NCBI RefSeq assembly: GCF_001194135.2
Contig: NC_068982.1
Span: forward strand, 44,048,377-44,106,307
Origin: Octopus bimaculoides
Taxonomy: Eukaryota
Reading direction: 5' to 3'
DNA: 57,931 nucleotides
Each line of letters begins with the position of its first letter. Positions within the stretch are counted from its first letter, which is position 1. Below, in pieces: positions 1 through 12,819 of the stretch. Under the pieces are notes generated by a model, which was not told the origin of the DNA, did no database searches, and saw only the letters and a program-made list of their open reading frames with translations. Position numbers and translations under genes: made by a program.

Positions 1-3000
1 ATTCGTTCGTTCGTTCATTCGTTCTTACGTACGTACGTACGTTCGTTCGTTCGTTTGTTCCTTCGTTCCTTCGTTCGTTCTTACGTACGAACGTTTGTTT
101 GTTCGTTCGTTCTTATGTACGTACGTTCGTTCGTTTGTTCTTACGTACGTACGTTCGTTCGTTCGTTCGTTCTTACGTACGTACGTTCGTTCCTTCTTAC
201 GTACGTACCTTTGTTCGTTCGTACTGTCGTTCGTTCGTTCGTACGTTCGTTCGTTCCTTCCTTCGTACGTACGTACGTACTTACGTTCGTTCGTTCGTTC
301 GTTCGTTCGTACGTTCGTTCGTACGTTCGTTCGTTCGTTCGTACGTACGCATGTTCGTTCGTTCGATGGTTCGTTCCTCTTTACGTACGTACGTTCGTCC
401 TTGCGTACGTACGTTCGTTCGATCTTTCGTACGTATGCACGTTCGTTCGTTCGTTCGTTCTTACGTACGTACGTTCTTTCGTTTGTACGCACGTTCGTTC
501 GTTCTTTCGTACGNNNNNNNNNNCTCGTTCGTTCGTTCGTTCGTTCATACGTAGTACGTTCGTTCGTTCGTTCGTTCGTTCTTACGTACATTCGTTCCTT
601 TGTTCGTTCGTTCTTACGTACGTACGTTCGTTCCTTCTTACGTACGTACCTTTGTTCGTTCGTACTGTCGTTCGTTCGTTCGTACGTTCGTTCGTTCCTT
701 CCTTCGTACGTACGTACGTACTTACGTTCGTTCGTTCGTTCGTTCGTTCGTACGTTCGTTCGTACGTTCGTTCGTTCGTTCGTACGTACGCATGTTCGTT
801 CGTTCGATGGTTCGTTCCTCTTTACGTACGTACGTTCGTCCTTGCGTACGTACGTTCGTTCGATCTTTCGTACGTATGCACGTTCGTTCGTTCGTTCGTT
901 CTTACGTACGTACGTTCTTTCGTTTGTACGCACGTTCGTTCGTTCTTTCGTACGTTCAATCGTTCGTTCGATTTAACGTACGCACGTACGTTAATTTGTT
1001 CGTTCGTACGTTCGTTCGTTCTGACGTACGTACTTTCGTTCGTTCGTTCCTCCGTCCGATCGTCCGCCCGTCCGTACACCCGTTCTTTCGTTCGATCTTT
1101 TGTAGGTACGTTCGTTCATTCGTTCTTATGTACGTACGTACGTTCTTTCTTTCGTTCGTTCGTTCGTTCATTCTTAGGTACGTACGTTCGTTCTTTCGAT
1201 CGTTCGATCGCTCGTTCGTTCTTTCGTACGTTCGTTCGTTCGTACGTTCGTTCTTACGTACGTACGTTCGTTCGTTCGGTCGGTCGTTCGTTCGTTCTTA
1301 CGTACGTACGTACGTACGTTCGTTCGTTCGTTCGTACGTTCGTTCGTTCGCTCGTTCGTTCGTACGTTCGTTCGTTTGTTCGTTTGTTCGTTCTTACGTA
1401 CGTACGTTCATCCGTACGTTCGTTCGTTCATTTGTTCATATGAACTTACATTCTTTCTTTCGTGTCGTTCTTACGTACGTACGTTCGTTCGTTCGTTCGT
1501 TCTTTCTTACGTACGTACGTACGTTCGTACGTTCGTTCGTTCGTTCTTACGTACGTGCGTACGTTCGTTCGTTCGTTCATTCGTTCTTACGTATGTACGT
1601 TCGTTCGTTTGTTCGAAACTTTCGTTCGTGTGTTCGTTCTTACGTACGTACGTACGTTCGCTCGTTCGTTCGGTCATTCTTTCGTTCTTACGTACGTACG
1701 TCGTACGTTCGTTCGTTCGTACGTTCGTTCCTTCGTTCTTACGTCCGTACTTACGTTCGTTCGTTCGTTAGTTTAATCGTTCGTTCTTACGTACGTACGT
1801 ACTTTTCTTCGTTCGTTCATTCGTTCGTTTTACGTACGTACATTAGTTCGTTCGTTTTTACGTAAGTACGTTCGTTCGTTCGTTCATTCTTACGCATGTA
1901 CGTTCGTTCGTTCGTACGTTCGTTCGTTCGTTCGAACGTTCGTTCGTTTGTTAGTTCTTACGTACGTACGTTCATTCGTTCGTTCGTTCGTTCTTACGTA
2001 CGTACGTACTTTTCTTCGTTCGTTCATTCGTTCATACGTATGTACGTTCGTTCGTTTGTTCGTACGTTCGTTCATTCGTTCGTTTTACGTACGTACATTA
2101 GTTCGTTCGTTTTTACTAAGTACGTTAGTTCGTTCGTTCCTTCGTCCTTACGTACGTGTGTACGTTCGTTCGTTCGTTCGTACGTTCGTTCGTTTGTTCG
2201 TTCTTACGTACGTACGTTCATTCGTTCGTTCGTTCGTTCTTACGTACGTATGTACGTTCGTTCGTTCTTACGTACGTACGTTCGTCCGTTCTTACGTACG
2301 TACGTACGTACGTTCGTTCGTTGATTCGTTCCTTCTTACATACGTACGTACGTACGTTCGTTCGTTCGTTCGTTCGGTCGTACGTTCGTTCGTACGTCCG
2401 TTCGTTCGTTCGTACGTACGCATGTTCGTTCGTTCGATGGTTCGTTCCTCTTTACGTACGTTCGTACGTTGGTTCGTACGTTCATTCGTTCGTTCGATTT
2501 TACGTACGTACGTACGTTAGTTTGTTCGTTCTTTCGTTCGTTCGTTCTTTCCTTACGTACGTACGTTCGTTCCTCCGTTCGATCTTACGTACGTACGGTC
2601 GTTCGTTCGTACGTTCGTTCGTACGTTCGTTCGTTCGTTCGTACGTACGCATGTTCGTTCGTTCGATGGTTCGTTCCTCTTTACGTACGTACGTTCGTCT
2701 TTGCGTACGTACGTTCGTTCGATCTTTCGTACGTACGTTCTTTCGTTTGTACGCACGTTCGTTCGTTCTTTCGTACGTTCATTCGTTCGTTCGTTTGTAC
2801 GTACGTTCGTACGTTCGTTCGTACGTTCATTCGTTCGTTTGATTTTACGTACGTACGTACGTTAGTTTGTTCGTTCTTTCGTTCGTTCGTTCCGTCCTTT
2901 GTTCTTACGTACGTACGTTCGTTCCTTCGTTCGATTTTACGTACGTACGGTCGTTCGTTCTTACGTACGTACATTCGTTCGTTGATTCGTTCTTTCTTAC

Positions 3001-6000
3001 ATACGTACGCACGTACGTTCGTACGTTCGTTCGTTCGTTCTTACGTACGTTCGTTCGTTCGTTCGCTCGTTCGTTCGTTCGTTCGTTCGTACGTTCGTTC
3101 GTTTGTTCGTTTGTTCGTTCTTACGTACGTACGTTCATTCGCACGTTCGTTCGTTCATTTGTTCATATGAACTTACATTCGTTCTTTCGTTCGTTCTTAC
3201 GTACGTACGTTCGTTCGTTCGTTCGTTCTTACGTACGTACGTACGTACTTACGTACGTTCGTTCGTTCGTTCGTTCGTTCGTTCTTACGTACGTACGTTC
3301 GTTCGTTCTTACGTACGTACGTTCGTTAGTTCATTCGTTCTTACGTTCACTCGTTCGTTTGTTCTTACGTACGTACGTTCGTTCGTTTTTACGTAAGTCC
3401 GTTAGTTCGTTCGTTCCTTCGTCCATACGTACGTGTACGTTCGTTCGTTCGTTCATTCTTACGCATGTACGTTCGTTCTTACGTACGTACGTTCATTCGT
3501 TCGTTCGTTCGTTCTTACGTACGTACGTATGTTCGTTCGTTCTTACGTACATACATTCGTTCCTTCGTTCGATCTTACGTACTTACGTTCGTCCGTTCTT
3601 ACGTACGTACGTACGTTCGTTCGTTCGTTCGGTCGTACGTTCGTTCGTACGTTCGTTCGTTCGTTCGTACGTACGCATGTTCGTTCGTTCGATGTTTCGT
3701 TCCTCTTTACGTACGTACGTTCGTCTTTGCGTACGTACGTTCGTTCGATCTTACGTACGTATGTACGTTCGTTCGTTCGTTCGTTCTTACGTACGTACGT
3801 TCGTACGTTCGTTCGTACGTTCATTCGTTCGTTCGATTTTACGTACGTACGTACGTTAGTTTGTTCGTTCTTTCGTTCGTTCGTTCCTTCCTTTGTTCTT
3901 ACGTACGTACGTTCGTTCCTTCGTTCGATTTTACGTACGTACGGTCGTTCGTTCTTACGTACGTGCATTCGTTCGTTGATTCGTTCGTTCTTACATACGT
4001 ACGTTGTACGTTCGTACGTTCGTTCGTTCGTTCTTATGTACGTTCGTTCGTTCGTTCGTTCGTACGTTCGTTCGTACGTTCGTTCGTTCGTTCGTACGTA
4101 CGCATGTTCGTTCGTTCGATGGTTCGTTCCTCTTTACGTACGTACGTTCCTCTTTACGTACGTACGTTCGGTCGGTCGTTCGTTCTTTCGTACGTTCGTT
4201 CGTTCGTACGTTCGTTCTTACGTAAGTACGTTCGTTTGTTCGTTCGTTCGGTCGTTCGTTCGTTCTTACGTACGTACGTTCGTTCGTTTGTTCGTACGTT
4301 CGTTCGCTCGTTCGTTCATACGTTCGTTCGTTTGTTCGTTTGTTCGTTCTTACGTACGTACGTTCATTCGTACGTTCGTTCGTTCATTTGTTCATATGAA
4401 CGTACATTCGTTCTTTCGTTCGTTCTTACTTACGTTCGTTCGTACGTTCGTTCGTTCGTACTTACGTACGTACGTTCGTTCGTTCGTTTGTTCTTTCGTT
4501 CATTTTTACGTACGTTCGTTCGTTCGATCGTTCGTTCGTTCGTTCGGTCGTTCGTTCGTACGTTANNNNNNNNNNNNNNNNNNNNNNNNNNNNNNNNNNN
4601 NNNNNNNNNNNNNNNNNNNNNNNNNNNNNNNNNNNNNNNNNNNNNNNNNNNNNNNNNNNNNNNNNNNNNNNNNNNNNNNNNNNNNNNNNNNNNNNNNNNN
4701 NNNNNNNNNNNNNNNNNNNNNNNNNNNNNNNNNNNNNNNNNNNNNNNNNNNNNNNNNNNNNNNNNNNNNNNNNNNNNNNNNNNNNNNNNNNNNNNNNNNN
4801 NNNNNNNNNNNNNNNNNNNNNNNNNNNNNNNNNNNNNNNNNNNNNNNNNNNNNNNNNNNNNNNNNNNNNNNNNNNNNNNNNNNNNNNNNNNNNNNNNNNN
4901 NNNNNNNNNNNNNNNNNNNNNNNNNNNNNNNNNNNNNNNNNNNNNNNNNNNNNNNNNNNNNNNNNNNNNNNNNNNNNNNNNNNNNNNNNNNNNNNNNNNN
5001 NNNNNNNNNNNNNNNNNNNNNNNNNNNNNNNNNNNNNNNNNNNNNNNNNNNNNNNNNNNNNNNNNNNNNNNNNNNNNNNNNNNNNNNNNNNNNNNNNNNN
5101 NNNNNNNNNNNNNNNNNNNNNNNNNNNNNNNNNNNNNNNNNNNNNNNNNNNNNNNNNNNNNNNNNNNNNNNNNNNNNNNNNNNNNNNNNNNNNNNNNNNN
5201 NNNNNNNNNNNNNNNNNNNNNNNNNNNNNNNNNNNNNNNNNNNNNNNNNNNNNNNNNNNNNNNNNNNNNNNNNNNNNNNNNNNNNNNNNNGTACGTACGT
5301 TCGTTCGTTCGTTCTTACGTACGTACGTTCGTTCGTTCGTTCTTACGTACGTACGTTCGTTCTTACGTACTTACATTCGTTCGTTCGTTCGTTCTTACGT
5401 ACGTTCGTTTGTTCTTACGTACGTACGTACGTTAGTTCGTTAGTTCTTACGTACATACGTACGTACGTACGTTTGTTCGTTCGTTCGTTCGTTCTTACGT
5501 ACGTACGTACGTACGTTAGTTCGTTCGTACTTACGTACGTACGTTCGTTCGTTCGTTTGTTCTTTCGTTCATTTTTACGTACGTTCGTTCGTTCGATCGT
5601 TCGTTCGTTCGTTCGGTCGTTCGTTCGTACGTTAGTTCGTTCGTACTTACGTACGTACTTTCGTTCGTTCGTTCGTTTATTCGTTTGTCGTTCGTACGTT
5701 CTTACGTACGTACTTTCGTTCGTTCGTTAGTTTTTACGTACGTACGTTTGTTCGTTCGTCGTTCTTACGTACGTACGTTCGTTCGTCCGTTCGTCGTTCT
5801 TACGTACGTACGTTCGTTCAGTCGTTCGTTCTTACGTATATACGTTCGTTCGTTTGTTCGTTCTTACGTACTTACTTTCATTCGTTCGTCCGTCCTTTCT
5901 TACGTACGTACGTACGTACGTTCGTTCGTTCGTTCTTACGTACGTACATTCATTCGTTCATTCTTNNNNNNNNNNNNNNNNNNNNNNNNNNNNNNNNNNN

Positions 6001-9000
6001 NNNNNNNNNNNNNNNNNNNNNNNNNNNNNNNNNNNNNNNNNNNNNNNNNNNNNNNNNNNNNNNNNTGATTCGTTCGTTCTTACATACGTACGTTCGTCCG
6101 TTCGTTCGTTCGTTCGTTCGTTCGTTCTTACGTACGTACGTTCGTTCAATTGTTCGTTCGTTCTTTCGTTCTTACCGACGTACGTTCTTTCGTTTTTACG
6201 TACGTACGTTCGTTCGTTCTTACTTACGTACGTACGTTCATTCGTTCGTTCCTTCGTTCGTGCGTTCCTTCATTCGTTCGCTCGTTCGTTCGTTCGTTCT
6301 TACATACGTACGTTCGTCCGTTCGTTCGTTCGTTCGTTCGTTCGTTCTTACGTACGTACGTTCGTTCAATTGTTCGTTCGTTCTTTCGTTCTTACCGNNN
6401 NNNNNNNNNNNNNNNNNNNNNNNNNNNNNNNNNNNNNNNNNNNNNNNNNNNNNNNNNNNNNNNNNNNNNNNNNNNNNNNNNNNNNNNNNNNNNNNNNNNN
6501 NNNNNNNNNNNNNNNNNNNNNNNNNNNNNNNNNNNNNNNNNNNNNNNNNNNNNNNNNNNNNNNNNNNNNNNNNNNNNNNNNNNNNNNNNNNNNNNNNNNN
6601 NNNNNNNNNNNNNNNNNNNNNNNNNNNNNNNNNNNNNNNNNNNNNNNNNNNNNNNNNNNNNNNNNNNNNNNNNNNNNNNNNNNNNNNNNNNNNNNNNNNN
6701 NNNNNNNNNNNNNNNNNNNNNNNNNNNNNNNNNNNNNNNNNNNNNNNNNNNNNNNNNNNNNNNNNNNNNNNNNNNNNNNNNNNNNNNNNNNNNNNNNNNN
6801 NNNNNNNNNNNNNNNNNNNNNNNNNNNNNNNNNNNNNNNNNNNNNNNNNNNNNNNNNNNNNNNNNNNNNNNNNNNNNNNNNNNNNNNNNNNNNNNNNNNN
6901 NNNNNNNNNNNNNNNNNNNNNNNNNNNNNNNNNNNNNNNNNNNNNNNNNNNNNNNNNNNNNNNNNNNNNNNNNNNNNNNNNNNNNNNNNNNNNNNNNNNN
7001 NNNNNNNNNNNNNNNNNNNNNNNNNNNNNNNNNNNNNNNNNNNNNNNNNNNNNNNNNNNNNNNNNNNNNNNNNNNNNNNNNNNNNNNNNNNNNNNNNNNN
7101 NNNNNNNNNNNNNNNNNNNNNNNNNNNNNNNNNNNNNNNNNNNNNNNNNNNNNNNNNNNNNNNNNNNNNNNNNNNNNNNNNNNNNNNNNNNNNNNNNNNN
7201 ATTGTTCGTTCGTTCTTTCGTTCTTACCGACGTACGTTCTTTCGTTTTTACGTACGTACGTTCGTTCGTTCTTTCGTACGTATGTTCATTCGTTCTTACG
7301 TACGTATGTTTGTTCATTCATTCTGACGTACGTACGTTCTTTCGTTCGTTTGTCCGTCCGTCCGTCCGCCCGTCCGTCCACCCGTTCATTCGTTCGATCT
7401 CATGTACGTTCGTTCGATCGTCCGTTCGTTCGTTCTTTCTTACGTACGTACGTTTGTTCGTCCTTACGTACGTACGTACTTACATTCGTTCGTTCTTACG
7501 TATATACGTTCGTTCGTTTGTTCGTACGTTCTTTAGTTTGTTCGTTCTTACCTACGTACGTTCATTCCTTCGTTCGTTCGTTCGTTCTTACGTACGTACG
7601 TACGTACATTCGTTCGTTCTTACGTACGTACGTTCGTTAGTTCGTTCATTCTTACGTTCACTCGTTTGTTTGTTCTTACGTACGTACGTTCGTTCGTTCG
7701 TTCTTACGTACGTTCATTCGTTCTTCTGTACATAAATACGTTCGTTCGTTCGTTCGTTCTGACGTACGTACGTTCGTTCGTTCGTTCGCTCTTACGTACG
7801 TACATTTGTTCGTACGTTCGTTCGTTCTTACGTACATACATTTGTTCGTTCGTTCGTTCTTACGTATGTACATTCGTTCGTTCGTTCATTCGTTCGTTCT
7901 TTTGTTCTACCGTACGTATGTTCGTTCTTACGAACGTACGTTCGTTTGTTCGTTTGTTCGTTCGTTCATTCGTCCGTTCTTGTACGCATGTTCGTTCGTT
8001 CGATGGTTCGTTCCTCTTTACGTACGTACGTTCGTCTTTGCGTACGTAAGTTCGTTCGATCTTACGTACGTATGTACGTTCGTTCGTTCGATCGTTCTTA
8101 CGTACTTACGTTCGTTCGTTCGTTTGTACGTACGTTCGTTCCTTCGTTCGTACGTTCATTCGTTCGTTCGATTTTACGTACCTACGTACGTTAGTTTGTT
8201 CGTTCGTTCGTTCGTTCCTTTGTTCTCACGTACGTATGTTCATTCTTACGAACGTACGTTCGTTCGTTCGTTCTTCCGTACATACGTACGTTCGTTCGTT
8301 TGTTCGTTCGTTCTGACGTACGTACGTACGTACGTTCGTCCGTTCGTTCTTACGTACGTACGTTCGTTCCTTCGTTCGATCTTTCGTACNNNNNNNNNNN
8401 NNNNNNNNNNNNNNNNNNNNNNNNNNNNNNNNNNNNNNNNNNNNNNNNNNNNNNNNNNNNNNNNNNNNNNNNNNNNNNNNNNNNNNNNNNNNNNNNNNNN
8501 NNNNNNNNNNNNNNNNNNNNNNNNNNNNNNNNNNNNNNNNNNNNNNNNNNNNNNNNNNNNNNNNNNNNNNNNNNNNNNNNNNNNNNNNNNNNNNNNNNNN
8601 NNNNNNNNNNNNNNNNNNCGTTCGTTCTTTTGTTCGTTCGTTTATTCGTTCGTTCGTTCCTTCTTACGTACGTACGTTCTTTCGTTCGTTCTTTCTTACG
8701 TACGTACGTTTGTTCGTTCGTCCGTTCTTTCGTACCTACGTACGTTCGTTCGTTTGTTCTTTCTTTCATTTGTGTGTTTGTTCTTACGTACCTACGTTCG
8801 TTCGATCCTTCATTCGTTCTTACGTTCGTTCTTTTGTTCGTTCGTTTATTCGTTCGTTCGTTCCTTCTTACGTACGTACGTTCTTTCGTTGGTTCGTTCG
8901 TTCATTCATTCTTACGTACATACGTACCTACGTACGCTCATTCGTTCGTTCGTTCTTACGTGCATTCGTTCGTTCGTTCTTACGTGCGTACGTTCGTTCT

Positions 9001-9712
9001 TACGTTCGTTCGTTCGTTTTTACGTACGTGCGTTCTTTCGTTCGTTCTTACGTACGTAAGTACTTCGTTCTTTCTTACGTACGTACGTACGTTCGTTCGT
9101 TCGCTCATTCGTTCATTCATTCGTTCTTACGTACGTACGTTCATTCGTTCGTTCGTTCTTACGTGCGTACGTTCGTTCGGTCTTTCGTTCGTTCTTTCTT
9201 ACGTACGTACGTTTGTTCGTTCTTACTTACGTACGTACGTTCGATCGTTCGTTCCTTCGTTCGTGCGTTCCTTCATTCGTTCGCTCGTTTGTTCGTTCTT
9301 ACATACGTACGTTCGTTCTTTCGTTCTTACGTACGTACGTTCGTTCGTTCTTACGTTCGTACGTTCGTTCGTTCGTTCTTACGTTCGTTCGTTCTTCCTT
9401 ACGTACGTTCGTTTCTTTGTTCGTTCTTATGTACGTACGTTCGTTCTTACGTACTTACGTTCATTCTTACGTCCGTACGTTCGTTCGATCGTTCGTTCTT
9501 ACGTACGTACGTTCCTACGTACGTACGTACGTACGTTCGTTCGTTCGTTCTTACGTTCGTTCGTTCGTTCGCTCATTCGTTCTTTCGTTCTTATATACGT
9601 ACGTTCATTCGTTCGTTCGTTCGTTCTTTCTTACGTACGTACGTTCGTTCGTTCGTTCGTTCTTACGTACGTACGTTCGTTCTTACGTACGTACGTTCGT
9701 TAGTTCGTTCGT
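1..9712. repeat. (TTCG)n/(TACG)n tetranucleotide-based satellite array with N gaps
   Basis: Sequence is almost entirely TTCG and TACG blocks, commonly as (TTCG)2-4-TTCT-(TACG)2-3. N gaps at 514-523, 4566-5290, 5966-6065, 6398-7200 and 8390-8618. The array runs off the left window edge. Confidence 0.97.
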
Positions 9713-9714
9713 CA

Positions 9715-9985
9715 GCCACCGTCAGGCATGACTACATTGAGCTACAATTCATTGACATTGGCGGTATCAACAATGGAGATCGATGATCTTCTCTGACGAT
9801 AGCTGGTACTTCGTTTCCACCTCGGATGGTAGAGTGAGTGTGTGGCGTAGGAGTGGGAACGCTACAGAGACGCATGTGGGGTGGCCTAAACATCATGGCT
9901 TGCGGTGTTATAGGCCTGAGTCAGAGAATTGGGCGCCATGTGTTCCAAAATGTTGGTGTAGACAGAGGAAATGGCATTACCAAGA
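9715..9985 (+). mobile_element. Tc1-like transposase fragment (copy 1, middle of ORF)
   Basis: Reads IFSDDSWY...DGRVSVWRRSG (Tc1 FSDESRF..DGR.RVWRR motif). Nucleotide-alignable by eye with 11595-11860. Confidence 0.85.
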
Positions 9986-10043
9986 TGAAAATGTATCCCC
10001 AAGTTGGCATCTCCAAATGGCATTACCAAGATGAAAATGGCAT

Positions 10044-10300
10044 CCCCAAAATGAAAATGCAGCTCAAAGGTCACTGTTTAGAGCCCGTTGTCGAGATCAA
10101 GAGCGAATCGCACGCAAAAGGTCCTCGACTCGCATACGGGAAACGACTTCCAGGCCGGATTCCAAAAGTAGCAGGAACGCTGTGACCGGGGTATTGCTGT
10201 GCAAAGTGACTATTTCAAAAAAGATGATGTTAAAACTTAGGAAATAAGTTATTTTTTATTAAATATAACTAGTCCGGAAACCTTTTGATACCGTCTCATA
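10044..10300 (+). mobile_element. mariner-like element 3' end with terminal inverted repeat
   Basis: Translates PKMKMQLKGH... then, after a frameshift, DFQAGFQK*QERCDRGIAVQSDYFKKD (mariner C-terminal F..W..RW..CI...GDYFE pattern). Ends in a TIR-like TAGTCCGGAAACCTTTTGATACCGTCTCA followed by TA. Confidence 0.7.
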
Positions 10301-11049
10301 CATACATACATACATGATAATTACTCCATCTCTGCAGATGATTGTAGTCTCCTTGTGCTTTTACTTCCATTGGAGACCTGCATTGATTGAAGCATAGGTG
10401 ACAGACAAAAATTGTAACTTGCTGTATTACTTCCAGCTGATTACGGCAGTACACACTGCCACTCTTCCAACTACGTAGAACTTCCTGTAGGTAAAATGAC
10501 AAAGGAGGTCACCGTTAAGAGACATCTCTGCGTCACTGTATTACAGTGATTAAACTCTTGTACAACACGAGTGCCACTCTGAATCTCTCTGATGAGTACC
10601 TGTTGATATACCGAAGCGAAATCACCGATAATCTTGTGAATCTGCAGGTTTTACATCAGAGTGTCTCTGCAGTTAGAAGGATGCTGTGGCAGCAGCTGGG
10701 GGTTCCTCGCTCTCTGTGGTCTTAATGTGCGCCCTAACACTAACCAAAGGTATTTCTGCGTCCCTGCACTCAGATGAATTGTCATCATATATGCTAATTA
10801 ACACATAGCTAAAACCCTTACAGAGGCTACTACTCCAGGTCAGAATAATAGTGGCTAAGAGAAGGTCCCACACTCTTAAAATCCCTGAAACTCCTGAACC
10901 AGAATGCAGTTTAAAGTCATACCCAGTTTCGAAATCCTATATCTCGTAAACAGTAAAGTGATTAAATTCCATCACTAATTTCTCGTTTTCTAGAATTCTG
11001 TAATCGAAAAAACGAAATTGGCCAGCTCTAAGCAGAATCTCCATAAATA

Positions 11050-11897
11050 CACTGAACCGCAAAAGAAACGCGATTTTTGAAAATGTCCTTTTTATATGGT
11101 AAATTCTGAAAATTTATTTTGGGGATGTAAGTGTAAATATTCCAAGACATGCTGGTTTATGGCTGGTATCTCGTGGAGGTTATGGGTATAAAAATCAACT
11201 TGAACCGCGTTCCTGGCATTCGTAATTTGGACGCATCAGGTATGACCCGATTGTCAGCAGTGCAAAGATAACAACCTATCTGCCGATTGCAAGTAGGGTA
11301 GCGTGCCTTGGTTGTTGCGAAAGCTTACAATGTCTATGTCAGCATCATCTATCGCCTGCAAAAGCGATACAACACTAACAGCACTGCAGACTGTGCTCGC
11401 AGAGGGCGCCGCTGGATGACCACGCCCAAGCAGGAACGCTTCACCCACCGGCAACTTCAGACCGGCCAGCGTGACAGCTCGCGCGACTATTGGCACTGGA
11501 CAGCGACCTATCAGCGACGACACGGTACGACGTCGACTGGTCACCAACAACCTGCGTTGCCGTCGTCCTGTTTGAGGGTCTGCCTCAACGCCCGCCACCG
11601 TCAGGCACGACTACAGTGGAATACACAGCACTGACATTGGCGGTATCAACAATGGAGGTCGATGGTCTTCTCTGACGAGAGCCGGTACTGAGTTTCCACC
11701 CCGGATGGCAGAGTGAGGGTGTGGCGTAGGAGGGGGAACGCTACAGAGACACATGTGGGTGGCCAAAACATCATGGTTTGCGGTGTTGTAGGCCAGAGTC
11801 AGAGAATTGTGCCCCATGTGTTCCAAAATGTTGGTGTAGGCAGAGGAAATGACATTACAACGCAGCGCTATGTTGACCATATCCTAAGACCGCATAG
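11050..11897 (+). mobile_element. Tc1-like DNA transposon, 5' TIR plus 3'-truncated transposase
   Basis: TA followed by CACTGAACCGCAAAAGAAACGCG (Tc1-type TIR start) at 11048-11072, with the decayed transposase downstream. Confidence 0.8.
11242..11897 (+). pseudogene. Tc1 transposase pseudogene (HTH region, first catalytic D, truncated before second D)
   Basis: MTRLSAVQR*QPICRLQVG*RALVVAKAYNV..., ARHRQARLQW, WRSMVFSDESRY, DGRVRVWRRRG, ITTQRYVDHILRPH. Contains in-frame stops and frameshifts. Confidence 0.88.
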
Positions 11898-12504
11898 AAG
11901 CTGAATAAATATCACGTGGAATTTTATCAAACGATATAAAGACTCTTAATTCATTGTTCAGTGAGTGTCCAGGGGTCTTTCATTTACAATACTTTCGTTT
12001 CATTGTGTAGACGGTTTATAAGCATCCTACACAATACATGGAGCGCTGTTTCGTATTTTTTGTGTTCGTTATGAAACTGTGAGCCCGGGCAGGACTGATA
12101 CAATCTATGATGGACCTGATGCATTGTTATACACCATGGTTGCTGTTTCTTTCTGTTGGTGAAACAACGGCAGTAATTTTATTCAGCTGAATACACGTCA
12201 TTGATTGGATGAAATTACCGAAATACGACTACTTTAATACGAAATAACTTTGAAAATACAAACTTTTCTCAACAACACTAAGAGTAAATGATGTTTTGTA
12301 TGACACATTCTACCAGTGTCCGAAGTTTGAAAGTGTTTAGTTACAAAAAATTAATTTCTCGATCTGCCGTTCAAAGGGTAAAGATCCGGTGAAACGTGGT
12401 ATCTGTAATTATACGTCTTTTAGCTTTTTCTATTATATCTTCAATGTGTGTTTTGAATGCTGTAATGTTAATATTCTTTAACTTCTGGTGTATTTACGTT
12501 CTGT

Positions 12505-12819
12505 GAAGGTGCGTGGCTTAGTAGTTACGGTATTCAGCTCACCTTCCTAAGGTCGTGAGTTCAATTCCCGGCAATGTGTTGTGTCCTTGAGCAATACTCT
12601 TTATTTCAAGTTGCTCCTGTTCATTCAGCTAGCAAAAATAAATAGTACCTGTATTTCAAAGAGCCAACCTCGTCACACTTAATCTCCCTGAAAACTACGT
12701 TAAGGGTACACGTCTTTGTGGAGTGCTCAGTCACTTGCACGTTAATTTCACGAGCAGGCTGTTTTATTGATCCGATCAACTGTAACACTCGTCGTCATTA
12801 ACCGATGGAGTGCCATATA
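12505..12819 (+). mobile_element. tRNA-headed SINE with CORE-like central block
   Basis: A-box TGGCTTAGTAG, B-box GAGTTCAATTCC, central GTGTCCTTGAGCAA block. 14-bp target-site duplication TATTTACGTTCTGT at 12491-12504 and 12820-12833. Confidence 0.88.

Noticed and set aside
160-954. Identical ~350-bp block repeated at a 441-nt offset across the 10-N gap
   Set aside because: Exact duplication flanking a short gap is typical of unmerged contig overlap; not treated as biology without long reads.
1-9712. CRISPR-like or UUCG-tetraloop RNA array interpretation of the satellite
   Set aside because: No constant repeat with unique spacers, no cas genes, and TTCG units are not flanked by consistent C-G closing stems.
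25-9786. Long ORFs (up to 765 aa) of RSFV/TYVR/RTNE repeats
   Set aside because: TTCG/TACG repeats rarely create stop codons and N gaps extend the frames; ORFs occur in all frames with no domain content.
10585-10625. CTGATGA-GTA...TAC-CGAAG hammerhead candidate
   Set aside because: GAAA is replaced by GAAG and no helix I/III or NUH site could be formed.
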